NCBI GenBank assembly: GCA_964016885.1
Contig: OZ024742.1
Location: 155,000,001-155,064,000 of the forward strand
DNA length: 64,000 nt
Source: Eledone cirrhosa
Lineage: Eukaryota
Direction: 5' to 3'
The notes beneath the pieces were generated by a model. The model did not search any database. It was not told the DNA's origin and was given only the letters and a program-made list of their open reading frames with translations. A program made the translations under genes and the position numbers. How positions within the stretch are numbered: the first letter of the stretch is position 1; every line of letters begins with the position of its first letter. Positions 46,665-60,302 of this stretch are shown here, in pieces.

Positions 46665-47085
46665 TTTATTATGAAGTTCACCTGTGATATTTAATTCAGA
46701 ATTTGTTTATCAGCCGTAAACAATTATATTTAAGGATATTTTGCATTCGATTTAAAGGGCGCTTAAATTTCAAAATACATCTCTCATTTTAAAACACCAT
46801 AAACATTCATGACAGCAATACACTGTCATTTGGGACAGCAAGAATTTCTGCAGTCGAACAGAAAAGCTTAAGTTAAGTTGAATAATTATATTCAAGTGAA
46901 AGCTGTTATCGACATTGAAGTAAATATAAATGTGTGGATTACATTTGAACCAAATTAATGATTTATTTAATAGCAATGCATTTCTAGTATAATTAGGTTT
47001 GTGTGACATGCCTCTGCATCCTCTGTTTCTCTTCTTCTCTCTCATATTTTTTCTTTATCTCTCTTTATATATATATATACATATT

Positions 47086-47163
<78 letters not shown>

Positions 47164-47201
47164 CATGCATATATATATATATATGTGTGTATATATATAT
47201 C

Positions 47202-47232
<31 letters not shown>

Positions 47233-47362
47233 ATATATATTACTCAATACTTATATTGAAATTCTATTTTAAGTAGAATTCCATTCACTCTCATTTTAAA
47301 TTTGTCTGATATATGATGAAATAAAAAACAAATACATGTATATACATAGATTTGTTCGTATA

Positions 47363-47402
<40 letters not shown>

Positions 47403-47498
47403 CAAAATTCTTTCTTCATGTTAATAATATTTTCACATTATTTATTATTTTTATATGGAAGTTTATATATATATATATATATAAACTTCCATATAAAA

Positions 47499-47611
47499 AT
47501 AATTGTTTCTACTTTTGGCACACGGCCAGCAAATTACCCAGTACATTACTGGTACTTTATTTTATCGACCCCGTAATGATGAAAGGCAAATTTAACCTCG
47601 GCGGGATTTGA
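47499..47611 (-). mobile_element. 5'-truncated Nin-domain SINE
   Basis: Core and tail only, ending inside the B-box. Confidence 0.85.
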
Positions 47612-47652
47612 AATAAAAATAATAAATTCAATATATATATATACTCACACAA

Positions 47653-47779
<127 letters not shown>

Positions 47780-48227
47780 TCCATATGAAAATAATAAATT
47801 CATTAGTTAAATAACATTATATAGTTGTATAAGGATAATAGAAAAATAACAATAATAATGAGGAAATATTATTAACAGGAAGAAAGAATTTTAAGATTTT
47901 CGTTTAATGTAAAGAAAAAGGTCAAATAGAGTATATTAAATGTTGTGTAATGTTGCAGAAACAGACGTTTTGAGGAAGCATTGCTATATTTATTAATATT
48001 TCTACCATTATTTCCAATTAAACTATTGTTTCAATTCTCTTATATATTTATCTATATATTTGCACGCAATATACTTTACAGTGGAATAGTTTTGTTCCTA
48101 GACATGGTAAACACGTAATAAAAGGTATATCGACGGTTTATCACGCAACCAGGGATTTCATCATATTTATTCAAACATTAATACATATATATAACGTCAT
48201 ACAAACACGTACACACACGCATCCCCC

Positions 48228-48281
<54 letters not shown>

Positions 48282-48284
48282 TGT

Positions 48285-48537
48285 TAAACAAGAAAAACAG
48301 TTACATGTGTACATCCCTATTAATTTTCTTATAGTCATTTCAAAAACGTAAGGCATTTGTATAACAACTGCCCTACGTGTTCTCTTCAGACAACAATCCC
48401 AAAGGAAGCATTTCCTTACTGGACGGCGATATAATCAATGGATATTTGTCTGAAGAAAACACGCTGGGCAATTGTTATATAATTTCCTTACATCTTTGAA
48501 ATACCTATAATAAAATATATAGACATTTTTCTTGTTT
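48285..48537. repeat. Diverged fold-back with a hammerhead in each arm (48326-48393 minus; 48445-48514 plus)
   Basis: ttgt-CTGAAGA-gaacacgtagggca...tgccttacgttttt-GAAAT-gact-ATA and tttgt-CTGAAGA-...-GAAAT-acct-ATA-ataaa. Confidence 0.75.
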
Positions 48538-48672
48538 ATTATAATATAAAACGTATGAACAAAAACATTGGAGTGCTTTACATGTGTTCAGGAATTGTCG
48601 GCAGATTTTCAATCAACGAACTTTCTTGAATTGAATAAATAAATATAATATAATATGATATAATATAATATA

Positions 48673-48802
<130 letters not shown>

Positions 48803-48897
48803 CATATATATATATGTAAAAGTTTTATTTAAATTGTTGGGATACGACAAGCAAATATTTTTATAACTGATATAAAGCACTCAACAAATATTTGGAG

Positions 48898-48936
<39 letters not shown>

Positions 48937-49286
48937 TGGTGAAAGGAGTCGGCTGGTAATTCTAGCTGGCATATTCATGTCACTGGCTTCACTGCGGGGT
49001 GATGTATATTTAAAAAAAACAAACAAACGTGTTGTTCGTCATTTCCAGATTTGCTTTTAGTGTGTAATCACAGATAGTTAAATCTCCTCCTTTGCCGATG
49101 ATTCGGGTTATTGTGTCTGTGAATTGCCGATTAATGGTGAAATATATTTCATTAATGAAATATATATAAATTAATCATTATTGCAATATTCAATATCCGA
49201 GGTTCTCGTTAATTTTTAATATGTCACATACGTAATTATTTGTGTTTGCACTCTTCACAAATTGTACCCTGTAATTGTTTGATGTG

Positions 49287-49406
<120 letters not shown>

Positions 49407-49437
49407 CATATATATATACACATACATATATATATAG

Positions 49438-52200
49438 TGGTAGAACACTTGAAGGTATTGAAGGTAATATCCGTGGTGGTAGAGAGCTCAGTCCATGGGA
49501 CGAGTTAGGTAGAAACGGTTACACAAAAGTTAGTTCACCATACCGAGAACAATTGTTTCACCTTACCGGATTCTCAGCTCGTAATGGACATGGTTATACG
49601 GAAGAGGCAGGACAACCGTACGAACGCGCATGCGCAGAAACGAACACTCCACGCAGGTAATACTAAAATGCTTGCGAGAGGTGTAAGGGAGATAACTGCG
49701 GAATTCCGAAAAGTTTATATTTGATAATAAAATTAGGGTGTTGTTGTAATTCAATCCGGAGCTTTGTAGTTACGTAAGAGGTGTTTCGAGACGTGTGGAC
49801 AACGTGTGAATAATTCATATCTCGTGTTTAGGCAATCGCTATTGCATAATTTCTTTAGAATATTTATTCGTTCATCAATACATAATCCACACGACGGATT
49901 TCCCTTGCGTATGGCTTGTACTTAGTGATGGCTTTTCATTGAATGGAGTAGTTATACTTGTGTCCTTGAACGTCTGTCCGGGTACCTAAAGGTCGACTGG
50001 TGGTTCAGGAAGCGTTCCTTAAATCGGCCCTCCGCCATACCCACATAGGATTAAACCTCTAGTGGTTGATTTGGTCGGTTGGAAGTGACCACAGCTTCAG
50101 AAACTACAGCGGGTGTGTTGCATTGCTGTTGAATGGGACAATCTTCAGACCTACGGCAAGAGCACCCTGGTGGGGTGTTGCTCTTAGGGCTGTTGGTGAT
50201 GTGGGCCTTCATGTTCTAAGCGCAAGGGTATCCTAGTTTTACTTTGTGTCGGTTAAAGATGGAGCGGTATTTATGACCCATGGGAAACTGCCTATCTAAG
50301 AGGGCTAGACATTTTTTGCCTCTATTGGTTTTAACGTTGAGTGAGAAGGGAGGAGAGAACCAGATAGTTTGTCTATTGTTACGCTTTCTTTCTTTATTGC
50401 TGTTGTTGATAGTGGGAGAGTAAGTGATAGGTTGCGAGAAACCGCTGTTAGCTAACGCCGTGTTATAGTAGGATGCCGCCCTGTCAAATATAGCCTTATT
50501 AGAGGAGATGTTTGAGATTCTAGTACTGATATTATTTACGAAGTTTCTAAAAACAGTAGGAGGGTGGCATGAGTGCTTGTGATTGTAATTGAGTTTTTCG
50601 TTTAGCTATTGAAGGATATGTAGGTGTGTGCGTGCGGTCTAAATTAATGTCTAAGAAATCTACGCTAGAGAGGTTGGTAGCTACTGTTATCCTAAATCCT
50701 AACTCATTGAAGGTAGAAGCTAAGTCTTTTTTTAAACCGGTCGAGGTCGGGGCCACTTTTATGGCTCGCTAAGGTCAGTCCATCGTCGCGGTATATTCCC
50801 GTGTGGAAATCCGGGAATCTAACACGTAATATGTCTAAATTTTTGTCCATGTTAATCCTTCGTTGAAGAAGAGGATTTTCTGGTAGTGAGCGAGGATTTC
50901 TCTGTCTATACCATTGACAGTAGTGTAAGAGGTAGCGAAGTCCAACGCTTTGTTTAAATGGGTCTCTGAGATCGAAGGGTAAAAATCAACAACGTCAAAC
51001 TTTGTGAACTTCGCTTGTTTGGATTTGAATGAGTTAAACCACTTAATTACAGAGTCGCTGTTCTCCCACTGGGACAGGTTGGACTTGGTCCTAATGGTCT
51101 TAACTATGTTGATAAGCACCAATAACACCTTCAACCTGAAATCGAGAGCCTACTCTCCTAAGGTAACTGAACTTGCTCCTTTCGAGGCGGACCTTCTTGA
51201 CTTAATCGCTAATATTTCCTTTCGCAAACACCCTAACACGTTTTAAACAAATCTTAGAAATGATATTAAGAAATGTAGGTCTTCTAATAACACTTTCGTT
51301 CTTTCCGACAAAACTAATAATATTTACGAAGTCGACAACACAACTTTCCGCCACCTGGCCCATAACCCTATTACTTCCAAATATAAGAAAGCTAATCCTA
51401 TGGCCTAGCACGATATTAATACAGAAGCCAAAAAACTTGTCGCCGCCCTTAAGGTAGATAAGGAGCTACAAACTCTAGCTAAGCGGGAGGCTTTCCTCAC
51501 CCTGAAATATCACAAGGTAGAGTTTACTTCTAATCCCACATGTAGACTATTAAACCTGGAACGCACATATATAGGACTAGACAGTAAGGCCATATTTAGA
51601 AACATAGATAAGACCATGCGGACCAAGTCCAACCTGTCCCAGTGGGAGAGCAGCGACTCCGTAATTAAGTGGTTTAACTCCTTCAAATCCATAAAAGCGA
51701 AGTTCACACAATTTGACATTGTTGATTTTGCCCGTCGATCTCAGAGCCTCTGTTAAACAAAGCGTTAGACTTCGCTACCACTTACACTACCGTCGATGAT
51801 TTAGACAGAGAAATCCTAGCTCATTGCCGGAAAACCCTCCTCTTCAACGTAAGATTAGCATGGGCAAAAAAGTCAACAACTTCAGACCTATTCGACGTCT
51901 CCATGGGATCGTTTGACAGTGCTGACGTATGCGACTTAGTTGGCCTAATTTTTTAGACATATTACGTGTTAGATTCCTGGACTTCCACGCGGGAATATAC
52001 CGCGACGATGGACTGATCTTACCGAGCCATAAAAGTGGTCACGACCTCGACCGGTTTAAAAAGGACTTAGCTTCTACCTTCAATGAGTTAGGATTTAGGA
52101 TAACAGTAGCCACCAACCCCTCTAGCGTGGATTTCTGAGATATTAATTTAGACATTCGCACACACACCTACAGACCTTTCCATAAGCTAAACGAAAAACT
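49438..52200. mobile_element. Penelope-like element (Nematis-like signature), inverted structure: minus arm ~49438-51120, plus arm ~51121-52200
   Basis: FDVVDFYPSI, MGSFDSA, IYRDDGL, IWFSPPFS.NVKT, IFNRHKVKLGY.C, CSCR...CP....C, YVGMAEGRFKERF.NH, CGLC..E, LNTR.E. The RT segment is present on both arms. Many stops and frameshifts. Confidence 0.9.
49544..49581 (-). ncRNA. Hammerhead of the Nematis-like element (core mutated to CTGAGAA)
   Basis: cgag-CTGAGAA-tccggtaaggt-GAAAC-aatt-GTT-ctcg. The homologue at 55444 has CTGAAGA. Confidence 0.65.
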
Positions 52201-52224
52201 TATTTCTTTTTTAGAATTTTTTTT

Positions 52225-52511
52225 ACGAGATTTCTCGCATGACCCTGCCAAAGTCTAAAATCTGTCTTAAGCCAGATGGCTCATTTGGTCGGGACTTACC
52301 CAGTTGCCTGGCGTAAAGTGACCGAGAATACAGCACCCCCCTCCCTTGAGAGGATGCCTGTGTATCCATCGCAGGGGTTACACCTCTGTCATTGCCGATA
52401 GTCATTTTCAGGTGGGTATACTGGAGCAACGTGAAATGAAGGAATCGAACCCACGAAATAATGATCATAAAGCAAACAACCTTACCACTAGGCCACTTGC
52501 CTCCACAAGCG

Positions 52512-52512
<1 letters not shown>
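52225..52512 (-). mobile_element. tRNA-derived SINE
   Basis: Minus: ggaggcaagtggcctagtggtaagg (A-box)...gggttcgattcc (B-box)...cctgcgatgga...gcaactgggtaagtcccgacc. A head fragment also occurs at ~54745-54772. Confidence 0.75.
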
Positions 52513-53215
<703 letters not shown>

Positions 53216-54047
53216 CGGGGTAACACATTATTGTTATAGTTAGTCCACTTAAGTGTAGTCCAGTTATGGTACTCCGGGTAGTGGATGATATCAACGCTTG
53301 GCTAAGTTTGACTCAACAAGGCGTTTCCATAGTGATGCTGCGAGTACGCTGTAATTCCTATGTTGTAAACACTTGGAGTAATGAAAAATCAAGAGAGAAG
53401 AGTGACACGGCTTGCTATACAAAAAAGGTTTTTAATCTCATTGCTGACAATTGTTTCTCTGAACTGGTAGGTCTAGAGATCGCTACCCGCTTATTTTCAC
53501 GTTATTCGATCACCAATACAAAGTTATAACCAGTCAATTCATCGGAGCTTTTGAGAATAAAAAGAATATACAGGCATGGCTACTACATATGGATACTAAT
53601 GACATTCTAGCAGAACAATAACAACAATACTAACAATGCTAGCAATAAAATATTTGAAATAATCTCAACATCAGTCTAGGTGGGAAGTATAGTATACTAC
53701 GATTTTAGCATGTAAAATTAGCTGATATGAGGCAGATGTATAACATTGACATGTAAAAGCTGTCATGGGGTGTATTATATCTAGTGTAAAGATAAGCCGG
53801 TAGCTTTAAACAATATAGGTCTGGTGGCCGTAATACTCATTTATTATCTGACAGATGAAGAATGTTGCACTGTAGTGAGGATAGTAATATTTGTGTGGTA
53901 TATTAGATGAAAGGGTTGTCTAGCTTTCTCATCATCAATAACATACATGTATAAGACAATATTAACACAGTAGCAATATAATGGGCAAGTTAATACAGAG
54001 GTTAAGGAGGCAATATATATATATATATATATACATACATACACACA

Positions 54048-54107
<60 letters not shown>

Positions 54108-54728
54108 CACACATATACATACATATAAAGAGAAAACATGCTGACTATAATTATAACAGTAGTATTATTTTGTAGTAGTATTTTGAAATGTTCTTGGATT
54201 TAGGTTCATGTGCTGACAGCAGCTGAGAAGAGATACATTTATGGGTTGATGAGGTACTTACAGACATTAGTGTGGTATAGAACTAAGAAGGCTAGAATGT
54301 ACTTAATGATTATATGTCTGTGGTGGTTCATGCAGTGTAGTGGGTATCCTAAGTTGAAAGCTAAGTTACGTCCGTTCGATTCACAGAGGTTTACATCTTG
54401 TGAATTTAGTGGCGATCCTGTGTCTGCAGAGGATTGATCTTTCTAACTTGTTGTTAAGTAGCCTCTTTACATTTTTAAGGATATACAGTAATTCTAGATC
54501 ACATAGCCTACAGTGTGACATACCGGTACTGTAGGTCTTTGCGGCCTACAACCTCGACCAGTTGATACTGTATTTGGTGTTGTTGTCCTTAAGTTCCTAT
54601 ATTTTTTTGGCGAGGGTTGTAGAACCCATAAGTGCAAGATTTTTCATCGAGTGTCTGTGCACATACCCTATTTTTTTAAAAGTACCCGCGGTGGATCGAA
54701 TGTAATGCCAAGTCACTCTTCTTTCCTG
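53216..54728 (-). mobile_element. Another Nematis-like PLE 3' end (EN C-terminus 54400-54710, 3' UTR/pLTR)
   Basis: Minus: [10 protein letters not shown]...H..S...STTLAKKI*ELKD...YSINWS...CRLCDLE...LLNNK.E....CRH. Confidence 0.85.
53443..53548 (-). ncRNA. Hammerhead-like motif with ~80-nt stem II (core reads CCGATGA)
   Basis: gct-CCGATGA-attgactggt...accagttcaga-GAAAC-aatt-GTC-agc. Lies downstream of the EN, in the sense orientation. Confidence 0.6.
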
Positions 54729-54819
54729 ATGTATATATATACAACCTTACAACTAGGCCACTTGCCTCCACATGTATAAGAATATGTATATATATATATA
54801 TAGTTGTAAGATTGTTGGC

Positions 54820-54878
<59 letters not shown>

Positions 54879-54948
54879 GTATGTATATATTTATAATATA
54901 TATACATATATATATATATGTATGTATATATATATATAATATATATAC

Positions 54949-55064
<116 letters not shown>

Positions 55065-55074
55065 GTAGATATAG

Positions 55075-55385
55075 ATATCATCATCATTTGACGTCCGCTT
55101 TTCCCTGCTTGCAAGTGTTGGGCGTGTCCTATTCAGCACAGCATGTCTCCACTTGTCACGGTCCTTCTTCATCCCCTCGGTGAGTTTCAGCGATGTGAGG
55201 TCTGCTCTCACCAACTCCTCCATGTTTTTCATGGCCTTCCTCTACTGTGTCTTCCTTCTACTGGGATTTCATAGCACTTCTTTACCCACCGGTCATCCTC
55301 CATGCGCATCACATGTCCATACCATCTCAGCCTTCTCTCCATCAAACTATAACTTATCCATCTTATACCCAGTTTCTTTCACAAC
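55075..55385 (-). mobile_element. RTE LINE 3' end
   Basis: LRWYGHVMRM, ELVRADL..L.L......DRDKWR, then a (GAT)n-like tail. Confidence 0.85.
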
Positions 55386-55419
55386 TCATATATATATAAA
55401 TATATATATATAGAAATAT

Positions 55420-55630
55420 TTACACAACACTTAATTCACCATACCGAGAACAATTGTTCACCTTATGCGGATCTTCAGCTCGGGCAGGTCATGGTTGCAC
55501 GAGTTGTAGTTCCGCATAATGTGAAACGATTGTTCTCGGTATAGTGAACTAACTATTGTGTTACTACTTCTACCAAACTCGTCCGATGGACTGACTGCTC
55601 TACCACTACGGACTTACCTTCCAGTGTTCT
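55420..55630. mobile_element. ORF-less fold-back of the 49438 family with hammerhead (55444-55483 minus)
   Basis: ccgag-CTGAAGA-tccgcataaggt-GAAC-aatt-GTT-ctcgg. Inverted partial copy at 55511-55560. Tail 55560-55630 matches the reverse complement of 49440-49520. Confidence 0.85.
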
Positions 55631-55645
55631 CTCTCTCTCTCTCAC

Positions 55646-55742
<97 letters not shown>

Positions 55743-55900
55743 ATACTTTGGGAGGGTATTGTTGCCAATAAGAAACACACGCACCGAATGCTTTCACTTC
55801 AATTTATTATATATTTATAAATTTATAAATTTACAAATCTACAGACTTATAAATTTCTGGTTGGTTGGTTGGTTCCACAACCAGATAGTTGTTTATATAT

Positions 55901-55945
55901 AGTCATAGTCCTTTCGTCACACACTCTGTGACCTCTTCAGTGACT
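55901..55945 (-). ncRNA. Hammerhead ribozyme, PLE family B (inverted pLTR)
   Basis: Exact reverse complement of 56631-56675. Confidence 0.85.
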
Positions 55946-56630
55946 GGGGATTCCTTTCTTTGTTTCTGTGCCTTTCCTTTCTTCTATCCTACGCCATTTT
56001 GTTTCTGTGTGTGTGTTGTGTGCTCAGTTTGCGCATGCGCCACATCCGGGTGTCTGTGTGTGTTTGTGTTCATTTATCTATTTGTAAAACTAGAAATGTA
56101 GTGTATAGCATAAGATGTACTGAAGGACAATGTAGAAACAAAAATATAGTGTACATAGGTGAGACAGCTCGTAGTATAGGGGAACGAATAGATGAACACT
56201 GGCGAGACCTTCAAGATAATAAAGAATCATCTGTGCTCTACCAACATGGTAAGATAGAGCACAGGGGTAGATTAGAGAACATAGACATAAAAATAGAATC
56301 CACACACAGAAAAGATGCCATGTTTAGGCAAATTACAGAGGCAGTAATTATAAAAGAATTACAACCAAAATTAAATAGAAAATATGAGTGGAACAGCAAC
56401 ATCACAACTTACAATTAAGGACAAAATAAAAACACACACACACATAGAACAAACAACCAACCAACAATAAATAAATAAATAAATAAATAAACAAATAGAT
56501 AAATGAACACAAACACACACAGACACCCGGATGTGGCGCATGCGCAAACTGAGCACACAACACAGACACAGAAACAAAATGGCGTAGGATAGAAGAAAGG
56601 AAAGGCACAGAAACAAAGAAAGGAATCCCC

Positions 56631-56675
56631 AGTCACTGAAGAGGTCACAGAGTGTGTGACGAAAGGACTATGACT
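56631..56675 (+). ncRNA. Hammerhead ribozyme, PLE family B
   Basis: agtca-CTGAAGA-g-gtcaca(gagtg)tgtgac-GAAA-ggac-TA-tgact. Confidence 0.85.
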
Positions 56676-56895
56676 ATATATAAACAACTATCTGGTTGTG
56701 GAACCAACCAACCAACCAGAAATTTATAAGTTTGTAGATTTGTAAATTTATAAATTTATAAATATATAATAAATTGAAGTGAAAGCAACTGGTGCGTGTG
56801 TTTCTTATTGGCAACATGACCCTCCCAAAGTATAACAATATCGGTTTCAACACACGATTTCAGATAAAGATTCTTGCTAAACAAATTCAGAAACG

Positions 56896-56941
<46 letters not shown>

Positions 56942-56968
56942 TGCAAACTCGACTGTCACCACATATCA

Positions 56969-57007
56969 TGAACCTGAAGATTGCGAAAGCATGAAAGTAC
57001 TTGTTCA
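56969..57007 (+). ncRNA. Stand-alone minimal hammerhead ribozyme
   Basis: tgaac-CTGAAGA-t-tgc(gaaa)gca-t-GAAA-gtac-TT-gttca. Perfect stem I, GNRA-capped stem II, palindromic stem III. Confidence 0.85.
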
Positions 57008-57156
57008 ATTAACACTTAGAATTTAATATTATATCATACTATTTCATTATAATACCAATATATATATTTTAAAGGATCGTAAATAAAACGAGTAAATCAG
57101 ACAAAGTCGGAATTCCTCTTATTAATATAATCTTCTATACACAATCATACACACCC

Positions 57157-57261
<105 letters not shown>

Positions 57262-57262
57262 A

Positions 57263-57364
57263 GGCGTGTGGCCGAGTGGTTAGAGAATTGGATTCCTAAT
57301 CGTGAGGTTGTGAGTTCGATTTCCGGAACGGGCACTGCGTTATGTCCTTGAGCAAGACACTTTA
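57263..57364 (+). mobile_element. tRNA-derived SINE head plus core
   Basis: ggcgtgtggccgagtggttag (A-box), gagttcgattt (B-box), cactgcgttatgtccttgagcaagacacttt. Confidence 0.85.
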
Positions 57365-58007
57365 TTTGTTGATTTTCTAGATAATTTATGTCATGCAGAA
57401 ACTAAGCATTGTAACAGGTTATATTTTCTGCTGAAACGTACGTATAGTCAGGATTTCTTATACAATTATTTATATAGAAATCTTACAAAGAATCTGATGA
57501 AAATGTTAGCATATATATTTACGATTTAGTGAAAGGGCAACGTATCTTTATATTATTGTATACTTCATGGACAAAGATTATGAAATATACTTGGCTTGAT
57601 CTTACGAAAATGTCTTCTATAATGAGTACTCTAGATATATTTACAAGGTTTGTGACTGAATAGCAGAGACAGAAAGATTGCAAGAATATATCACAAGCGA
57701 ACAATTGGTATCGAATATTAATCCAATGAGGGTAGTGCATATATGCCATTTGGCAAGTAAATGAGCAGAACATTTCTCGGGATAAATCTCCCACATACGC
57801 AACATGAAATATAATCTATAATGTTTTTTCATCTTTTTTATTTATTCCATTAAAATTTTACCATGCTATCAAGGGTTGGACGAACCGGGGAGATTTTATC
57901 CTAGAAAGATATGATGTAAAGTGTGAGAGCTCAAAATCACCTTATCCTTCACAAAATTAATCACCCATTCTGCAATATATACATACATATTAATATATAT
58001 TTCACCG

Positions 58008-58045
<38 letters not shown>

Positions 58046-58158
58046 GCACACACATTCTCTCTCTCTCTCTCTCACTATATATATATCTCTCATTCTAAAT
58101 ATATATATATATATATACATAGAATAGAAATAGTATTTCGCTTCAAGCATATGGGACA

Positions 58159-58201
58159 ACCGTCTATGCATTTCAGGCTTGATGGCCTTCGTCAGGACGG
58201 T
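58159..58201 (-). ncRNA. Minimal hammerhead ribozyme, canonical
   Basis: accgtc-CTGACGA-aggc(catcaa)gcct-GAAA-tgca-TA-gacggt. All core positions and three stems are intact. Confidence 0.9.
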
Positions 58202-58369
58202 ACATTCCATCGCTTGCAACTGCTGGACTTGAAAACAGTCCAGAATATATAGTTTTCTCGTGTGTGTAAATGTGGTGATTAATCTCATTTGCATATGAAG
58301 CTGCATAAGTTGGCTCAACTTATAATAGAAAAGAAAAAAGATTTCGCTTCAAGCATAGCTTTATACAAA

Positions 58370-58619
58370 TATGTGTAGAAATTTCGTATTTCTAAAGAAA
58401 CACGGTTTTAGGAAGCCGTAGCTATGCAAGCCCCGGGGCTAACGCTCTCTGGTGGTGTCATGCAGAAGCAAGGAGGACAATGCATTTCAGGCTTGACTGG
58501 CCTTCGTCAGGACGGTCCCTCCCCTTGCTTCTGCTGGACACCACCAGAGGGCGTTAGCCCCGGCGTTTGCAGAGCTACGGCTTCCTAAAACCATATTTCT
58601 TTAGGAATACGAAATTCCT

Positions 58620-58628
<9 letters not shown>
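58370..58628. repeat. Fold-back (~105-bp arms) whose loop is a second copy of the 58159 hammerhead
   Basis: 58370-58478 vs 58515-58628. The loop 58480-58516 is the ribozyme up to its cleavage site. Confidence 0.9.
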
Positions 58629-58684
<56 letters not shown>

Positions 58685-60302
58685 AATAATATATATAGTG
58701 TGTGTGTGTGTGTGTGTGTGCGCGTGCGCGCGTGTGTGTGTGAGTGAGAGAGAGCTTCAGGGAGGGAGTGGTGTAAATCAAACCCTAAATTGTATTACCT
58801 TGATTGTAAATATATCCTGAAAAAATCAGATCAATGCACGAACCCAAATAACTATAAAGTATACACATACAATCGATCTTAGACTCTAAATTCATATCGC
58901 TGAAGGATGAAGTACAGCACACACACAGTGTTTTGAATTTATTCCTTCCTCCTGGTAAACGAAATATCGACAGAAACTAAGTACACTAAGGTGGGAATGA
59001 TGGATGCCATCAAGCTGCGGCATTCGTATAATCTATTTTCTATATTATCTGCAGCGACTAGGACCCTAATGTAGAATTGTCCATGATTCTCACTCTAAGG
59101 GCAAACCCTTGGATATTTCTTATCATAAACATCCAACAAACGCATCCACAGAAATAAAACATATTCTTAATAACCAGAACTTTCATAACTATCCGATAAA
59201 CTCGCAAAAATTCATAACGTGAAGATACGCGCCCAGCTAATATACCAGCAAATAAAAAAACTATTGAAACTATATTTCAAACCAAAATAGACTAATATAA
59301 GCCTGAACATGCGGAATTAGATGATGGAACCCTATATCAGAATCCTATTACAACATATACATGTACTTCAAAACATTTAACGAAGAGATTTAAAACATGA
59401 TATGCAATTAAAAATGCTAAATCATGTTGTTATTTTAACTTAGTATACATATTATCATATAAATGAATATAGTTAATCTAAATACGTAAATATTAAACAA
59501 TCTGTGAAGCTCGAATGTTCGAACTTAGGAAACGATGAGAAAGTAAATTCATGAGATGTAGGATGAACAGTTGCTATATTATAGCAACTGATTTTACTTG
59601 CAATTATTTTCGGAGCTTTAAAAATTCTAAGTCTTCTTAGATAAACACTATCTAAATATATTGAAAAACATTCTCGTCCGATCCTCCTCGGTCCAACTTA
59701 GAGAACCTGCTGGTTAAATAATGGAACCGTTAAATAAGTGACTATATGTGTTTTTGTGGTAGCAGCTGGTAAAGTGGCCGTAGGTCTGCTTAAGCAAAAA
59801 TGATATTTAACTAGTTACCTTCCAAACTCATGTTATTCAATGAACACCGGTATCTATACGAATGAAAGTAGAAATACTTTGCACTTTATGATAATTCCTT
59901 CAAACATATTTATAGCAACATGCTTAAAAAAAAATGAAGGAAGCAGTTCGAAGTTGTACAAAACAATATAAATGGAATTGTTTATACGGAAAACACCTTC
60001 CATCAAACTCTCACCCATCATTTCCGACGATTAGCCAGTCGCTACTTAATTTTAAGCTTGAAATAGTCCCGAACCTAAATAAACTATGGCCTTCCAAATC
60101 GAAAGCAACGATAAACCCATATTTTCTTATCGAATCCTTATGTAACTATGTACATTAATAATATACCATTCTCAAGAATAACTTTTACCTGGCTACTTAC
60201 TCTTCCGTACATTAATACTTGAGAGAAAACATTTTCAAACTCATTCCTTGGGTATATACGAGGAGCTGAAATGCATTCCAGCTACCTCAAATCTAAAATG
60301 CA

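Larger units (their letters stand above)
55738..56898 (+). mobile_element. Young, heavily 5'-truncated PLE family B: inverted pLTR + GIY-YIG coding end (~56081-56418) + pLTR
   Basis: CKTRNVVYSIRC...C...YIGETARSIGERIDEH...H...H...RQITEA......PKLN, open frame. 55738-56083 is a near-identical inverse of ~56491-56838. (TA)n on both sides. Confidence 0.95.

Noticed and set aside
49090-49175. CCGATGA...GAAATatat as a hammerhead
   Set aside because: Core is mutated, there is no convincing stem I, and the AT-rich context makes a chance match likely.
57263-57335. tRNA gene
   Set aside because: A/B boxes are followed by a SINE core (tgtccttgagcaagacac), the cloverleaf is imperfect, and a dispersed paralogue exists at 39700-39882.
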